From Lama guanicoe (taxonomy: Eukaryota), in the NCBI GenBank assembly GCA_013239625.1, contig MU054049.1, forward strand, positions 1,439,015-1,489,595: a DNA stretch of 50,581 nt, in the 5' to 3' direction. Positions 35,791 to 48,260 of the stretch are shown piece after piece. The notes under the pieces were generated by a model. It was not told where the DNA came from. It did no database searches and worked only from the letters and a program-made list of their open reading frames with translations. The position numbers and the translations under genes are program-made. Each line of letters opens with the position of its first letter. Position 1 is the stretch's first letter.

Positions 35791-36056
35791 TCATACACTC
35801 TTTTCACCCTCGCTCTGTTCCTTGCTGGGAGGGGTCTTGTCCTGGCTGCTGTCTGGAGGCGCCGGCTTGGCCGCGGGGCTGGGGCTGCTGCTGGCCGATG
35901 GCAGGAGGTTGGCCGACTGCAGGACAGCCTCCGAGTGCTCGCGGGCCTTCATGCGCAGGGCGGCCACACTGGCCGTGCGGTTACTCTGGCAGCCGTAGGT
36001 GGGGAGGAAAGAGAGCCCCATGGGGTCTGGGACGCAGCAAGAGCACAGTGGGCCCC
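35791..36056 (-). CDS. DRGX: Dorsal root ganglia homeobox protein (DRG11/PRRXL1), last coding exon with OAR motif; upstream exons outside the window
   Basis: Translation [53 protein letters not shown]...EKSV* recognised as the DRGX C-terminus ([15 protein letters not shown]). Acceptor tgttgtttttcctccttccAG (AG at 36058-36057), phase 1; TGA at 35793-35791. Confidence 0.95.
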
Positions 36057-36393
36057 CTGGAAGGAGGAAAAACAACAGGCTGCCATCACTGTCCACATTT
36101 CGATCTCATGGACTTGGGGTGGAGGCCAGAGGATGATTGATTCTGTTTGGTTCCAAACACTAAGGGGAGAGGTGCTCAGGACCCTGAAGATGCACAACTC
36201 AAGAGATCCAGTTGATAGTCCAAGCGATTACCAGAATATCAGAACTCATCAGTTTTGGGTCCCTCACCAAAATGCCGTGTGACCTTAGGCTAATATCTTG
36301 GCCTCTCTGAGCCTTGGCTTCTCCTTATGTAAAATGGAAATATATTAGATATAATCCTCACAGGATCATTATGAGGATCCAATGACATAATCC

Positions 36394-36938
36394 CAGCCTC
36401 CCCAAACCATGTGCCAAAGCACCTCTACGAACTCCCAGGGGCCCTGCAGGAGTATCTTAAATTTTCAAAGGCAAGGGGAGGCCACCCACATCTGTCTTAC
36501 CACATGCAAGTGCCAGTCGAGGCAGCTCACAGCTTCAACCTGAGATCTCACAGCACTTTTTTCAAGGATGTCGTGTTTTTGGGCAGCTGGATTTTACAAG
36601 CATCACACAAATATCTATGTGGAACTGAAAATGAAGGGTGGTGGCATCCAACATGATTCCAAGTTCAGACAAGCCTGGCAGAGCCCTCTGGGTACACATC
36701 CCATTAGAAAGTACTGGAAGCTATTTAACAGTAAAAGAAAAATACCATTTTTCTTTTAATTTCTAACTATTATTTTTCAAATGGCTACTAAGTTCACGAG
36801 ACATAAACACATACTGAGTTGCTTAAACCTAACCATTTAATGAACCGAGCCAGTAGGCCATGGCCCAAGAGTCCCAAGGCATTAATTGAGGTTTCAGAGA
36901 CCCTCCGGGCACCATGAACTAAGGTTTGAGACCCTCTG
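36394..36938. mobile_element. hAT-Charlie-type non-autonomous DNA transposon nested in a MIR (MIR ~36270-36393 and ~36940-36975)
   Basis: Ends cag..cccaaac / gtttgagaccctctg; internal tgtggaactgaaaatgaagggtggtggcatccaacatgattccaag resembles a Charlie 3' region; the MIR tail resumes afterwards. Confidence 0.6.
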
Positions 36939-37119
36939 AAGGAATCAGTGTGGAAAGCATTCAGCACAGGTCCAATGTGTGGAATGGAGCTTAAGAACAA
37001 TTGCCTGGCCCCCTGCCTGCCAGCCAGCGCTGCAGGAACCACTCCAGGAACAAGGCCAGGAGGGCGCTCTGCTGTGCCGGGTTTGAGAAACCTCCCTCCT
37101 CCCAGGTCATCCTCAACTG

Positions 37120-37960
37120 TGCATTTATTCAGTGACTATCCCATGAGTACCTGGCACTGTTCTCGGCCCTAGTGACCACACAGCAGGAATAAGGCAGGAA
37201 GACCCTGGCCTCACAGAGCCCAGTTCCAATGAAGAGGCACATGGTAGCTCGTCCATCCCTGACGCAAAGACAGGCAGTGGTAAATTCTAGTAAAAAAGTG
37301 AATGGCAGGGGAGAGGGTGTAGCTCAGTGGAAGAGCACATGCTTAGCACGCACGAGGTCCTGGCTTCAATCCCCAGTACCTTCATTAAAATAAGTAATTT
37401 TTTTTTAAAGGAATGGAGCATGATGCTTGGCAGAGACCTCAGCAAAACGTCAAGAAACGGGCATGTGACTGTCCAGGAGAGAGCATGACAGCTAGGGAGA
37501 AAGCAGACCAGTGCATGGGCACCGAGGTGGGGACAGAAGCCACCTGCTCAGGGAGCAGCAGGGTATTCAGAGTGACCAGAGCCAAAGACTGCAGGGGAGG
37601 AGGCAGCAGATGGGTCCGGGGCCACCAGGGTCAGGCAGGACACAGTGAGGGGGAGCCTCAGTGGGTCTGAGTAGAAAGCATCTCAAGCTTTACTGCGTGG
37701 AGGAGACGAGGAGGAGGCCACTGTGATAACGCAGTCCCAGCGGATGCAGCTCGGCCCAAGATGGCTGGAGCAGAGGCGATGAGAAGCGGCCAAATTCTGG
37801 GTTGATGCTGAAGGTGAGAGTCTGCGCGAATTGCTCGTGGACCACGGTGGAGGGTGATGGAAAAGAAGGATTCACAGGCGACACCCAGGTTTGGGCCTGA
37901 GCAGCCAAATGAATGAACGGAGGTGTCATTTCCAAGATGAGGACAGAGAGAAAGGTGTGT
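37120..37960 (-). mobile_element. L2 LINE fragments interrupted by a SINE
   Basis: catttattcagtgactatcccatgagtacctggcactgttct ... gacacccaggtttgggcctgagcagccaaatgaatgaacggaggtgtcatttccaagatgag. Confidence 0.75.
37308..37395 (+). mobile_element. Camelid tRNA-derived SINE
   Basis: ggggagagggtgtagctcagtggaagagcacatgcttagcacgcacgaggtcctggcttcaatccccagtacc. Confidence 0.9.
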
Positions 37961-38003
37961 ATGAGTGAGTGAGTGAGTGTGTGTGTATGTGTGTGTGTGC
38001 GTG
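37955..38003 (+). repeat. (TG)/(TGAG) low-complexity repeat
   Basis: gtgtgtatgagtgagtgagtgagtgtgtgtgtatgtgtgtgtgtgcgtg. Confidence 0.9.
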
Positions 38004-40599
38004 CAGGCGTGTAGGGGGCTATGGAGAGTCTGGGGAGTTGAGCAGTGTGGCCACCACCACATGGGCAGGTGTGGAGGCGGGAGTTACCCACACCTGTGCC
38101 CAGACTGGGTGGGTGGATTCAGCCGCTGGCATGACACAACTGGAGAGATTTCCCACCCCTCTGGACAAGTCAGATGGTGCCGCCCCTCAACCCCCCACAT
38201 GTGATGCCTGCGGGAGACTTGCACCCCACAGCCTCTGCCCCCAGCCAGCCTAGGCCAGCTCCGGAGCCCGATCCCACCAGGGGAGCGGGAGATGGTGCAC
38301 CGGGGCCCTGCCAAGGACAGCTGGGAGTCAGTGCCTGTTCCTGAGGCCTGAGACCTCAGAGGGGGCAGCAAAGCCAGCCCCTCCATACTCCGCCCACCCT
38401 TCGGCTCTCCTGCCCGCGCTTGCCAGCTTTGGAAGAAGCAGTATTGCAAATCAGGAGTATTTGGGGATCAAAACCCCTATCTGTTGAATGAATCCAAATT
38501 CCTCCCTGTGGCCTTCAAGCCCTTGAGTGCAGGGGCCCCCACCACCCTCTCCTCCTTCTCATGTGCTGCCCAGGCCTCCTTTCAAATGCTCGGACCACCG
38601 TCACAGCGAAGCTGTGCACAGGAGCCATACTAACTACAGCAAACACTCGTATGGACCAAGCACATGGTGCATAAGCATCATGCCTTCATGCATCTCACCT
38701 TTGGAACAATTCTAGGAATTCACCTTTAATATTATCCCCTTTTGCAGACGAGGAGACTGAGGTTAAATAATAAGTGGCAGAGCTGGACCTCGTGCCAGGC
38801 AGGGGGCCAGCTCCTTAACCACTGTGTCCTTCTGTCTCAAAAGAGGGTACATTCCTCCCCCGATCATCCCTCAGGCACTTAACTGGGCTCCCCCCAGGAG
38901 TGAAGATGCCCTCCCTCCAGCATGGGGCTCCCTCTCTCTCTTTAGGGCTACATTGGACCATCACTCAGGGAGCCCTGTGGGACTCCCCATTCAAGGCAGC
39001 CTCCCCGGTCATGCCCCATCTCAGCACTGAGCTCACTTCTTCATGGCCCTGGTCACAGGCAGTGGGTGGAGCTTTAATGGTTCGTGACTGGTTTGCCATC
39101 TGTCTGCTCCTTCACATCCCCAAGGGGGCAAGTATCTTTCTGCCTTGTCCACTACTTTGTCCCCAACCCCTAGCACAGTTCCCCAATTGGGCCAGGCCCT
39201 TGGGAAATAATCTGTGGCTGGAAGGAAGGAGGCAGCCCAGTGCCCACTCCGAGGCTCGGCCTTCAGGAGGCAGCCTCCATGACATCAGCGATGCCAGCAG
39301 CTGGGGCGACTCCACCCTCGGTTCCCAGGGCCAGGCTCCCTTCTCTCCCCTCAAGCACATTGGGCATCTTTCTCTTCCTTTCCAAGCCTGCTCGGAGAGA
39401 AAAGGAAGCTCAGCCTTACCAGCACCCACTGTCACCTCTTGTCACCATTCTGGCCGCCCTGAGCAGTGGGCATCACTCAGCCCCACATTCCAGGTAAGGA
39501 AACGAAGCTCCAGGAGTAACTGCCCAAGTTTGCACAGTTTATTGCAGAAGTGGGACCAGAATCTTCTGGTGGACTTTTTCCCTCCAGTGTAATAGGAGGT
39601 TAAAATTCAGCCGTCACTTCTTGCCTCAATTTTGATGGAGGGGCGGACAGAGCAGGCAGCAGCTACCAAGATGAGCGTGAAAGGAGTCCCAAGTGCCCAG
39701 TTTACAGAAGGACTTCTGAGAGCCCAGTCCACAGCCCCGCACCCCTGGCCAGCTCCAGCCTGGTGATGTTTCCAGCCACAGCAGGAAACAAACAAAAAGT
39801 TCCGTGGGCTCAAACCCCGAGTCCTGATGGTCCCCACATTTCCCAGCGGCTCTCGCACAGACACAGCCACACACTGACACCAGTCTCAGCCCCGCGGGGA
39901 GCTGCGGTCTTTGCTGGGAATTGTGCCTGTGCCATGAGCCCTGGGAGCCATCCCGAGGCCTAGGACCCACTCTACGAGGGAGGCCATCCTCCTCACCAGG
40001 TCTGCTTCCCGGAGGGGGCACACGTGTGAAGAGAACAAAATACGGAGAATAGTGAACCCTGTCAGTAGGGGGAATATTGAAAATTTTCCTCTGTGTCTCC
40101 TTAGAATTTTTCTCGCTTTTCTCCAGCACCTGTGAATTTCTTTTCAACTCAGAAACATAACTTTAATTTTAAATGAATGCTAAAAAAAAGGGGGGGAGGG
40201 AGACTGAAATTAGAAACCCTCACCCCCAGCACATAGGAAGAGAGGCTTCGAGGGGCTGGGGGGCCGAGGGGAGCTTGACTGTAGGTTGTGGGGGACCCAG
40301 AGGGACCGTGGTCCCCAGACTCAGGCCCGGGCAGCCAACCCCACATCAGGCCAGCCCGAGAGGAGCCAGCTTAACACCATGTCTCAGGCTGATTCTTGTC
40401 CTCAGCAAGGCCCTGCTCCGACATAGGCATCAAAGAGGGTGTTAACTAGTCTGTGACTTGGTGATGACCACGTCACCTTCAGGATGAAGAAGTATCCCTG
40501 AGACAAGACAGAGCCTTCTGGACCCACAGCCCACACTTGCGAGGTCACACCTGCAACAGGCGAGGCCCCACAAAAGCCACCAGTAACCAAATTCCCATT

Positions 40600-41220
40600 C
40601 TACAAATCCCAGATTCAGAGATCAAAGAAAGAAGTTAACCCAGGGAACTGAGGCACAGCTCACCTGAAGTGGGAAGCCCCATAAAAAAGACCAGCAGGAT
40701 CCCCAGGCAGGGCCACTACTCTCCTGCCAGCACCATCCGGTTCCCTGTCCTGGTGGCATTATCTCACTCTTTGCCTCTGAAACAGCTTACTTCTAGGACA
40801 GTGGAACTTACCCATAAAATTCTATTGGTTCCTTGAGCTAACTCCTGATTGGTCCATTTGTAGTACTTCATTTGCATGGAGCTCACTCCTGATTGTTATT
40901 TCTGTCACTCCTGATTGGCCCATTTCCCCACTCCTGATTGGTTATTTCTTTCCCTCCTGATTGGTCCATTTCTACAAAACTTGTTCCTAATTAGTCAACT
41001 TTTGTTATACCTTATTTGCAAATGATGTTGCAAAGTATAAACTGGCAGCCTATAAAAGCCTGTGTAAACCTACAGACAAGGTCCAGAGTTTACAGTGTGA
41101 ACTCCTCTGGGCCTGCTGGTGTAGTAAATCTGAGTTCTCCAACTCTCTGAGTGCTGCTTGGTCTCTTTCCCAGATCCAGGTTGCTGTCACAACTGAGCTG
41201 TAACACATTTTTCTGCAACA
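40600..41220 (+). mobile_element. ERV1-like solo LTR, copy 2 (same family as 7839-8452), within the DRGX intron
   Basis: ATTTGCAT 40870-40877, five ctcctgattg(g) units, TATAAAAG 41051-41058, ends ...ttctgcaaCA at 41220; aligns by eye to the reverse complement of 7839-8452. Confidence 0.88.
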
Positions 41221-41299
41221 ACCTAGTTCACCCCCTCACTGGACGGGGGGAAACTGAGGACCAGATGAAGCCAACGACTCTGGGAGACTGGTGAAAAAC

Positions 41300-41720
41300 T
41301 CTGAGGGCTGTGCATACAATGGAGTATTTGTTTGACCCTAAAAAGGAAGGAAATTCTGACTCGGGCTGTAACATGCATGAACCTCAAGCACATTCCGCCA
41401 AGTGGACTAAGCCAGTCAGAAAAAGACAAATTCTGTCTGAATCCATTTGTAGGAGGTGCCCAGAGTCAGATTCAGAGAGACAGAAAGTAGGATGGTGGCT
41501 GCCATGGGGCTGAAGGGAGGAGAATGAGGAGTTAAGGCTTAGTGGGGACAGAGGTTCAGTTTGGGACGATGGGACCATGACAGAGTCCTGGTGATGGATG
41601 GTGGTGATGGTTACACAGCAATGGGAACGTATTTAACACTTGGAGCTGTACACTTCGACATGGTTAAGAGAGTAAATTTTATCATATGTGTGTTTTACCA
41701 AAATTACAAATAAAATAAAT
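41300..41720 (+). mobile_element. Old L1 3' end
   Basis: catacaatggagtatt...aaaaggaaggaaattctgac...gatggtggtgatggttacacagcaatgggaacgtatttaac. Confidence 0.85.
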
Positions 41721-41744
41721 TCTTAAAAACAAAACTATAATACC

Positions 41745-42002
41745 AGGGCAGAAAGGGGGTGGGAAGGGATAAACTGGGAGTGTGAGATTTGCAGATACTA
41801 ACTATGATATATACAATAGATAAGCAACAAGTTTCTACTGTATTGCACAGGGAACTGTATTCAATAGCTTGTACTAACTTGTAATGAAAAAGAATATGAA
41901 AAGGAATGTATGTATGATATATATATCTAAAACAGTATGCTATACACCAGAAATTGACACAACATTGTAAACTGACTGTACTTCAATAAAATAAAATAAA
42001 AT
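41745..42002 (+). mobile_element. Cetartiodactyl L1 3' end
   Basis: gggaagggataaactgggagtgtgagatttgcagatac...ccagaaattgacacaacattgtaaactgactgtacttcaataaa. Confidence 0.9.
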
Positions 42003-44699
42003 GCATCAGAGGTAAAAAAACTGTAAGAGCTGAAAGATAGTTCAGGTGAACGTCATCGGGCAGATGAGGACCAGCCGAGGCTGGGATTCCTTTATGGTTC
42101 CTTCAGTGGGTTTGGACCTCCAGAGTGCCTCAGGCCACCCACATTCACCCACCGCACACCCCCTCACATTCGAAGTATACAGCTCGACCCACCTGACCTG
42201 CAGGTCTTTGGCTGAGGAAGCATCACATGGTTTGCACACTCCCTTCAGCCCTGCCTCTGTCCTGTGACTGAACTGTGCCCGTGGGGTGGTCGTTTCCACA
42301 GCAGAGGGCAGACCCTGCGAGATACACCCAGCCCAACAAAAGTCTTTGGCATTAAGCCCCTCACAGACATCACCCTCTTCCCTCATCTACACTCCAAGTG
42401 CCCATCAAAGCAGGGCGATACTCATAACGTCTAAACAGCCACATCGAGAAATGCTGAAAAAATGAACCACTAGGGGAGTCCCCTTCTCTCTGTCTTGCCC
42501 TTCCCTGGAGGAGAACACAGATGAAATCCAGAAGGCAGGTACAGACAAGGCTGAGAGAGGCCATTTGGACAGCAGACGAGATCGAAAGCGAACCAGGAGA
42601 CAAACCTAATTGGACAATATTTTTCAGGGAAACAGGTAAAGTGTATAATCGGCACCCAAGGATCCAATTGTACAGATAGGGATGTGTCTCAGCAGTAGAA
42701 CATGTATCTATATGACTTCAGTAAGTCGTAATAAGTAAGTTCACTGTGACGCCGTATGGTTGTGGGTTGCCTTAACAGAGGCAGAACCTATAGAAAAAGG
42801 GAGGGTAAAATCCTGGTCAGATCATCAGACCAGAGAGAGCAAGGGGAGAGGGAAGGAAGGAGAGAAGAGTGAAAAAGTGAAAGAACTGGGCCGATTGAGT
42901 TGAGCTGATCCCAAGACAGTGGATCTGAGGTAACTGCCTCTCTCTGGATGCAGGTGGAATAGAAGCCATGGTGGAGTGAGAGAGAAAGAGGGGCTTTCCT
43001 TTCTTCACCCTCAGAATGCTATGCACATGCAGAGGGCTCTCTCCAGAGGATGGTGGATTTCCAAGTCCCCTGGACTGGATGTTGTATAGAATCTTTGTGC
43101 ATCATATGGGCTATTGGACAAGACAAGTTTCTGAATCCTTTCAATGAGAAAAGGACTGGTTTTAGAATGAGATGTGAATTACAAAGCAGAGTCCCCCTTC
43201 CAACTTTAACAGGTTTTCAGAATTTCAGTTGATTTCAATCTAACTTAAATTGTCCAACAACCTGCATCTCCCCTAACTCTCACAACCATCTTTTAACACA
43301 CACACACAAAATGATTTCTACAAATAGATCCTTTTAGAACGAACTCTTGATCTCTCCAGGATATCACAGTACCAAGAGCATCACGAGATTTCTCCACGTG
43401 CCTCCTGCCCAAACAACTTGGTCAAAGCTGGAGCACTACTGAAAACAAGATGTAGCAAAATGGGGAAGTCTCCCCTGCAATGCTCAGGGCAGCAGATGAA
43501 CAAATAGTTACCAAATAAAAACCTAGACCTCAAAGCAAGTGCACTTTGCCCACGAAAAGCAGGCTCAAGGCTCTCACCAAGTGCTTAAAGACTCTTCCAA
43601 GTGCACTTCTAAATTCTAACGTAAGTTGTCTGACTTACCAGGCTGCCGCTAACTAGAAAGCAACGAAGCTGCTAATGGCCGACACATTGATGGGTAATAT
43701 TGAGAAAAGAGACAAAAACTTATAAAACAGCTCCAAAAGTCAACACACACAGTAACCTGGGGCCACAAGCAAAGTAGCATAGCTCAGGATGGGTGAGGCC
43801 AGCTGTCACCAGGGGAACCGTCACAAGAGATGGTGTTTGAAAGGGCTTTGAAAACTACACGAAGCCTTTGTCTATTACTGATGGAGTGACGCCGAGTCGG
43901 CTCTAAGAGGCTCTGTACTGATTTCATTATGTCGGGGTGGTGACAGGCACTTTGGAAAACGTTTACCCCAAAATTGAGAAATAATTATCAAAATCCTATA
44001 AAATGAGAGTGGCAATAGGACGTCTCTAGGGTCTGAAAGCCAGGGGCAGCCTGATGAGGAGGGAGAAAGCGGGCTTTGAAGTTTGGTAGCACCGTTAACC
44101 AGTCATGGGACTTCTCACCATCTTTCCAACCTCCGGCTTCCTCATCTGTAAGAGGAGGTGACACACCTACCTTGGGGAGAAATTCTATGAAACCCGAAGC
44201 CCTCCAACAATGATCATTTCCATGACCCCGTATAAATGAAAGGGCAAGACTAAGTCACCACTCACAGCTTATTTCAATTAACAATGCGATTCAATGGACA
44301 GATGAAGAACTTGACTTGCTCTGAGCATCCCTGGAGGACACACAAGATGAACAGTGGGATCTGCCTGAGATGCAGGATGCGTGGAGGTGCCATGAGCATC
44401 CTCCCCAGCCCTGCTCCTCTACCCTGCTTTACAAACAGTCCTCCACTGTCTTCACAGCTGTGTGGGCGCCTCGATGAAGCCTTTCCCATCAGACCAAAAA
44501 GTAGCACCATTTATTCTGCCAATAAAATTTTGAGGAGTAAGCCAAAGAAACTTTAAAAATCTCATCTTTTAATGACTAGATTTCCAGATTGGGGGCTCTA
44601 GTTTTCTTTTCTTTTCTTTTTTAATCTCTCAGAAAGCTATCATCATGAATGGGCTAAAGATTAAATTAGCTGCAAAGGAAGTTATCCCAGTGTGGCACA

Positions 44700-45235
44700 G
44701 AGCAACAAAAAACTATGAATAACCTAATTGTCAAATAATAGAAAATTGACTAAGTTATAATCACCATATTGAATGCACTGAAGCTGTGACAAAATTATAT
44801 TGTAGGAGGCTACTTTGTGCCATAAAAATAATAATAATAATAATAAAATATTAAGTTTAAAAAGCAGGTTTAGAAAGAGTAAGTCAATATGATCCCATTT
44901 TGGTACATGTATGTCTGTGTTCATTTATACACGGTACATACATATATATGAGTTCACAGGTATATATAGTATATAGTTTTATTTAGAATCAGAAAATATC
45001 AATAAATTTAAACTTTTTTGGTTAAAAAATTTTAAATTTCTAAATAAGGTCCAAAATACATAAATGTATTAGAGATATCTATTTATAAATGGGAAGAAAG
45101 CAGATGCGCCAATAACAAATATTCAGAGTGTTTGGTTCTGGATGTTAAAAATTATGAATGATTTTTATATTTTTCTTTGTGTTTTGCTGTTTTCTCCCCT
45201 TTTTCTAAGTGGACCAAGTATTACTCTCACAATAA
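44700..45235 (+). mobile_element. Ancient L1 (L1ME-like) 3' end, AT-rich
   Basis: aatatgatcccattttggt...aattatgaatgatttttatattttctttgtgttttgctgttttc. Confidence 0.6.
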
Positions 45236-47879
45236 TGATATCTTTTTTTAGTGACTCGTGATATCTCATCTCCTTTCATTCAGAGGATGGGATGGATGCT
45301 TTCCACTGAGGTGGCTAAGGAATTAGGACTGGATCCTCGGCACCCAATTGAGACCCCACGACTGCTAATGGCCTCAGTCGGTACTGGAGTTAGGGACCAG
45401 AGAACATGCAGCTAAGGACTGACCATGGAAGATCCACCAAGAGCATTCCATCCATCTCCCTTTCAGTGGGGATTGAAGTCAGTGGCCTTTTGCCTGGGAT
45501 GCAACGACCCCACCAGCCAGCAAAGCCCTTAAAAGGTCACGACTTCCTTCCTCCATCTCTACCATGTGTCCCACCACCAAAGCCCCCGACCCCCAAATGC
45601 AGCCTGAAAATTGTTTTGTTTGGAGAACCTACTACCTCCTGGACCCTAAATTAAAACACACAATTAGATTTCCATTAAGTCACAGCAAATTCTGCTGAAT
45701 TGATCTAATCGGCCTCCATTCCTACATGACATCATGCTTTAAAGGCTCGGCCTGAACATAAATACTTAATGTAATAAATACAGTCTGAAATATTTGATCT
45801 CCTTGGCAGTTTAATTGATCTACTACAGAGACTGACAGGAAAAATTAAGTTAGTTCTGTCTCGTCTCTGCCGAGAGCACTTTTTCACCATCGAAAGGGAA
45901 CAGGAACTACAAGTTTGGTTGCAAGGAGGGCTCTCGAACGCCGATTTCTTATTGAATGTTCACGTTAAGGGTAAAAGAATTGAGCAAGGAAATGAGGAAG
46001 TGGATTTATGAGACCTTCCACACAAATGCTGTAGTTCACTTCTTTTTGCTTTAGAGCTAAATTAATAAATTGACATATTCTGTGATTCTTAGTACCTGTT
46101 CCTTACAGTTCAGAAGGAGCGTTTGCGTCGCAGGGCTGGTAGACGCCTGCGATATTCAAGCAGAGATTTTCTTAGATGCTGTGACTGACTGTGTTCACCA
46201 ACAAACACACAACAAGGTTAAATTCACTCCCAGATGACTTCTCCCACAGAACCCCTGACGTGGTTTCTCCTGTCCCGGGGTTAGGGTTTTTTATTGCCTC
46301 TTTGCCACAGACTGTATTTATTTTTATACCCACCTCACCTCCCAGACTTGCAGGGTAAGCGCCCTTTAACCACGCTCAGCCCACCCTCTGTCCTGATTCC
46401 AGAGCTAAAAATGGCCAATTTTGGTACAAAGTAAACACTCGAGTCTTCGGGGAAGGGAGAAAGAGAGGGAGCATCTATCTTTCCTGCCTGAGTGGATGTA
46501 TTTTAGTTCCTCAATGTTACCATCTCCCAGGTTCTAAGCCTCCTCAATACCCCACGGAAAGAAAAACTAAGGTCATCACAGAGTTATCCGGTCTGATTAA
46601 TGCCCAAGTCCCCGGATTAATTTGGCAGGTTATTCTGGGGGAGTTGATGCTACACCCCTCCCCAGGCTCCACTGCACATGTGCGCCCACTGTCCCGTCAG
46701 CTGCTTATTCACTCAGCACACCCTCCCCGACAGGAGCCAGTTCAGCCTGTGCCTCAGGGCCAGCGCCAATGCCCCCTTTCTGTTTGGAACCTCCGGAGGG
46801 GCAAGCAAATAATGACAGCGCCCAGATCCAGGACCCCGGTCCAGCCAGAGGAGCAGCAGGGATGCACGCTCCAGGCGGTCCGATGTCAGTGAGCACCGCC
46901 CTCCCTCCTCCCGGCGGGAGCCAGGATTCTGGCCAGGCAGCCTGTTTCTCCTGCTGCCTCTGGGCACAAGCCAGGAGCCCTCTGTTCAGCTCCCTGCACT
47001 CCAGGGCCCCATTGATTAGCAGGAAGGGCAAACCCATCAGCACCCATAGGAAATGGCTTCTGGAAAGTGAATTGCAGTTTTGAAAGCCAGAGAATGACAG
47101 CAGGTGCCTGTAAAAGGCAAAGAATCAATACAGGGCGTGGGGAGCTGGGAGGTGGGACACCAGGGTCCCTAGCTCATCTGACAGAGGCATTGTGTGACCT
47201 CGGACAGTCTTACCCCCACCCTGGGCCTCAGTTTCCCCTACTGTTTCCTGGTAACATACTCAACAAACAGATTCCTTCCAAATATCAACTGCTGGCTCTC
47301 TACCCCCATCTTCCTAACATCAGCTAGGCATGGAGGGACCAGGGCTGACCCAACCACTTCCCCCATGAGGACAGAGCACATTCTATCCTTCCGGTTCCCT
47401 GTTCCCCAAACATCTGTACCTTCAGAAACCAGCCCAGGGCCCCTGGAAGGCTGTCCTGCTTTCTGGGAGCTGCACACTGTGGACCTCGTGGACTGAGCAC
47501 AGGGGCCTGGAAGCCTCTCCCTTGAGGAGTGAGCCCCTGCAGGAAGTAGGATCCTCTGTCCTGGAGATCCAAACCCAAACCCTAATCAGTTCACAAGTGA
47601 CCTTTGGCCTTATCGTCATAACCCTAACAACAATCACCAGCACCTACTGGGCACCAGGACATGCCAGACACAGATACACACCCTACAGACTGCAGGCAAT
47701 CTCGGGTACTGAGGCCATGATGACCCTCATTTGACAGATAAGGAGACCGGGATCTGTCCTAAGTTGACCTTATAACAGGAGGGACACAGTAAAGGGCCGT
47801 GGCTGGTCTGACTCCAGAGCCTGGATTCACATGGAGACCACACCATCCTCTCCTAGGACCGTGGCTCCATCCAACCTCA

Positions 47880-48260
47880 TGCTTTGCCCTTTCCTCTACA
47901 TTGCATCCCCGCTGGCCCCAAGGCCTTTGCTCATGTTGTTCTGTCTGCCTGGAGTGGCCACCCACACCGGGTAACTCCTCTACTTCCTTCAAGGCCAACT
48001 CAAGCATTTCCTCTGGAAACCCCTCCTCATTCCCACAGAGAAAGAGTTCCTCCCTCCTCTGGGCTTCCCCCACACCTTCCACGCCCTTGTTGGGAGTACA
48101 GGACTGTGTCCCATGCCATAGCATACTTTATTGACCTGTTTGTCTTGTCAAGCCCACCCCCCACCTGTGAGCCCCACAGGATAGGGATGTGTCTAATTCA
48201 TCAAAGGATGCTCTTTTCAGAGTTGGGCAAAGTAGGGTGCTCAGTGGGTGCTGAATGAAA
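47880..48260 (+). mobile_element. L2 LINE 3' fragment
   Basis: aaggcctttgctcatgttgttctgtctgcctggag...ctgtgagccccacaggatagggatgtgtct...gtgctcagtgggtgctgaatgaa. Confidence 0.8.

Noticed and set aside
36057..36096. N-terminal [13 protein letters not shown] of the 101-aa ORF as the protein start
   Set aside because: It is intronic polypyrimidine tract in frame by chance; DRGX homology begins at the acceptor (36056).
38900..39592. 230-aa ORF (likewise 13845-14558, 11734-12345, 23891-24484)
   Set aside because: Mostly non-ATG starts, low-complexity GC-rich composition, partly overlapping L2/MIR remnants, no recognisable domains.
40840..40965. CRISPR-like repeat-spacer pattern (ctcctgattgg units)
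   Set aside because: Units are short, imperfect and irregularly spaced inside a mammalian LTR U3; not a CRISPR array.
7839..41220. Full provirus bounded by the two LTRs
   Set aside because: The LTRs are inverted rather than direct, ~32 kb apart, with no gag/pol/env between them and no shared TSD.
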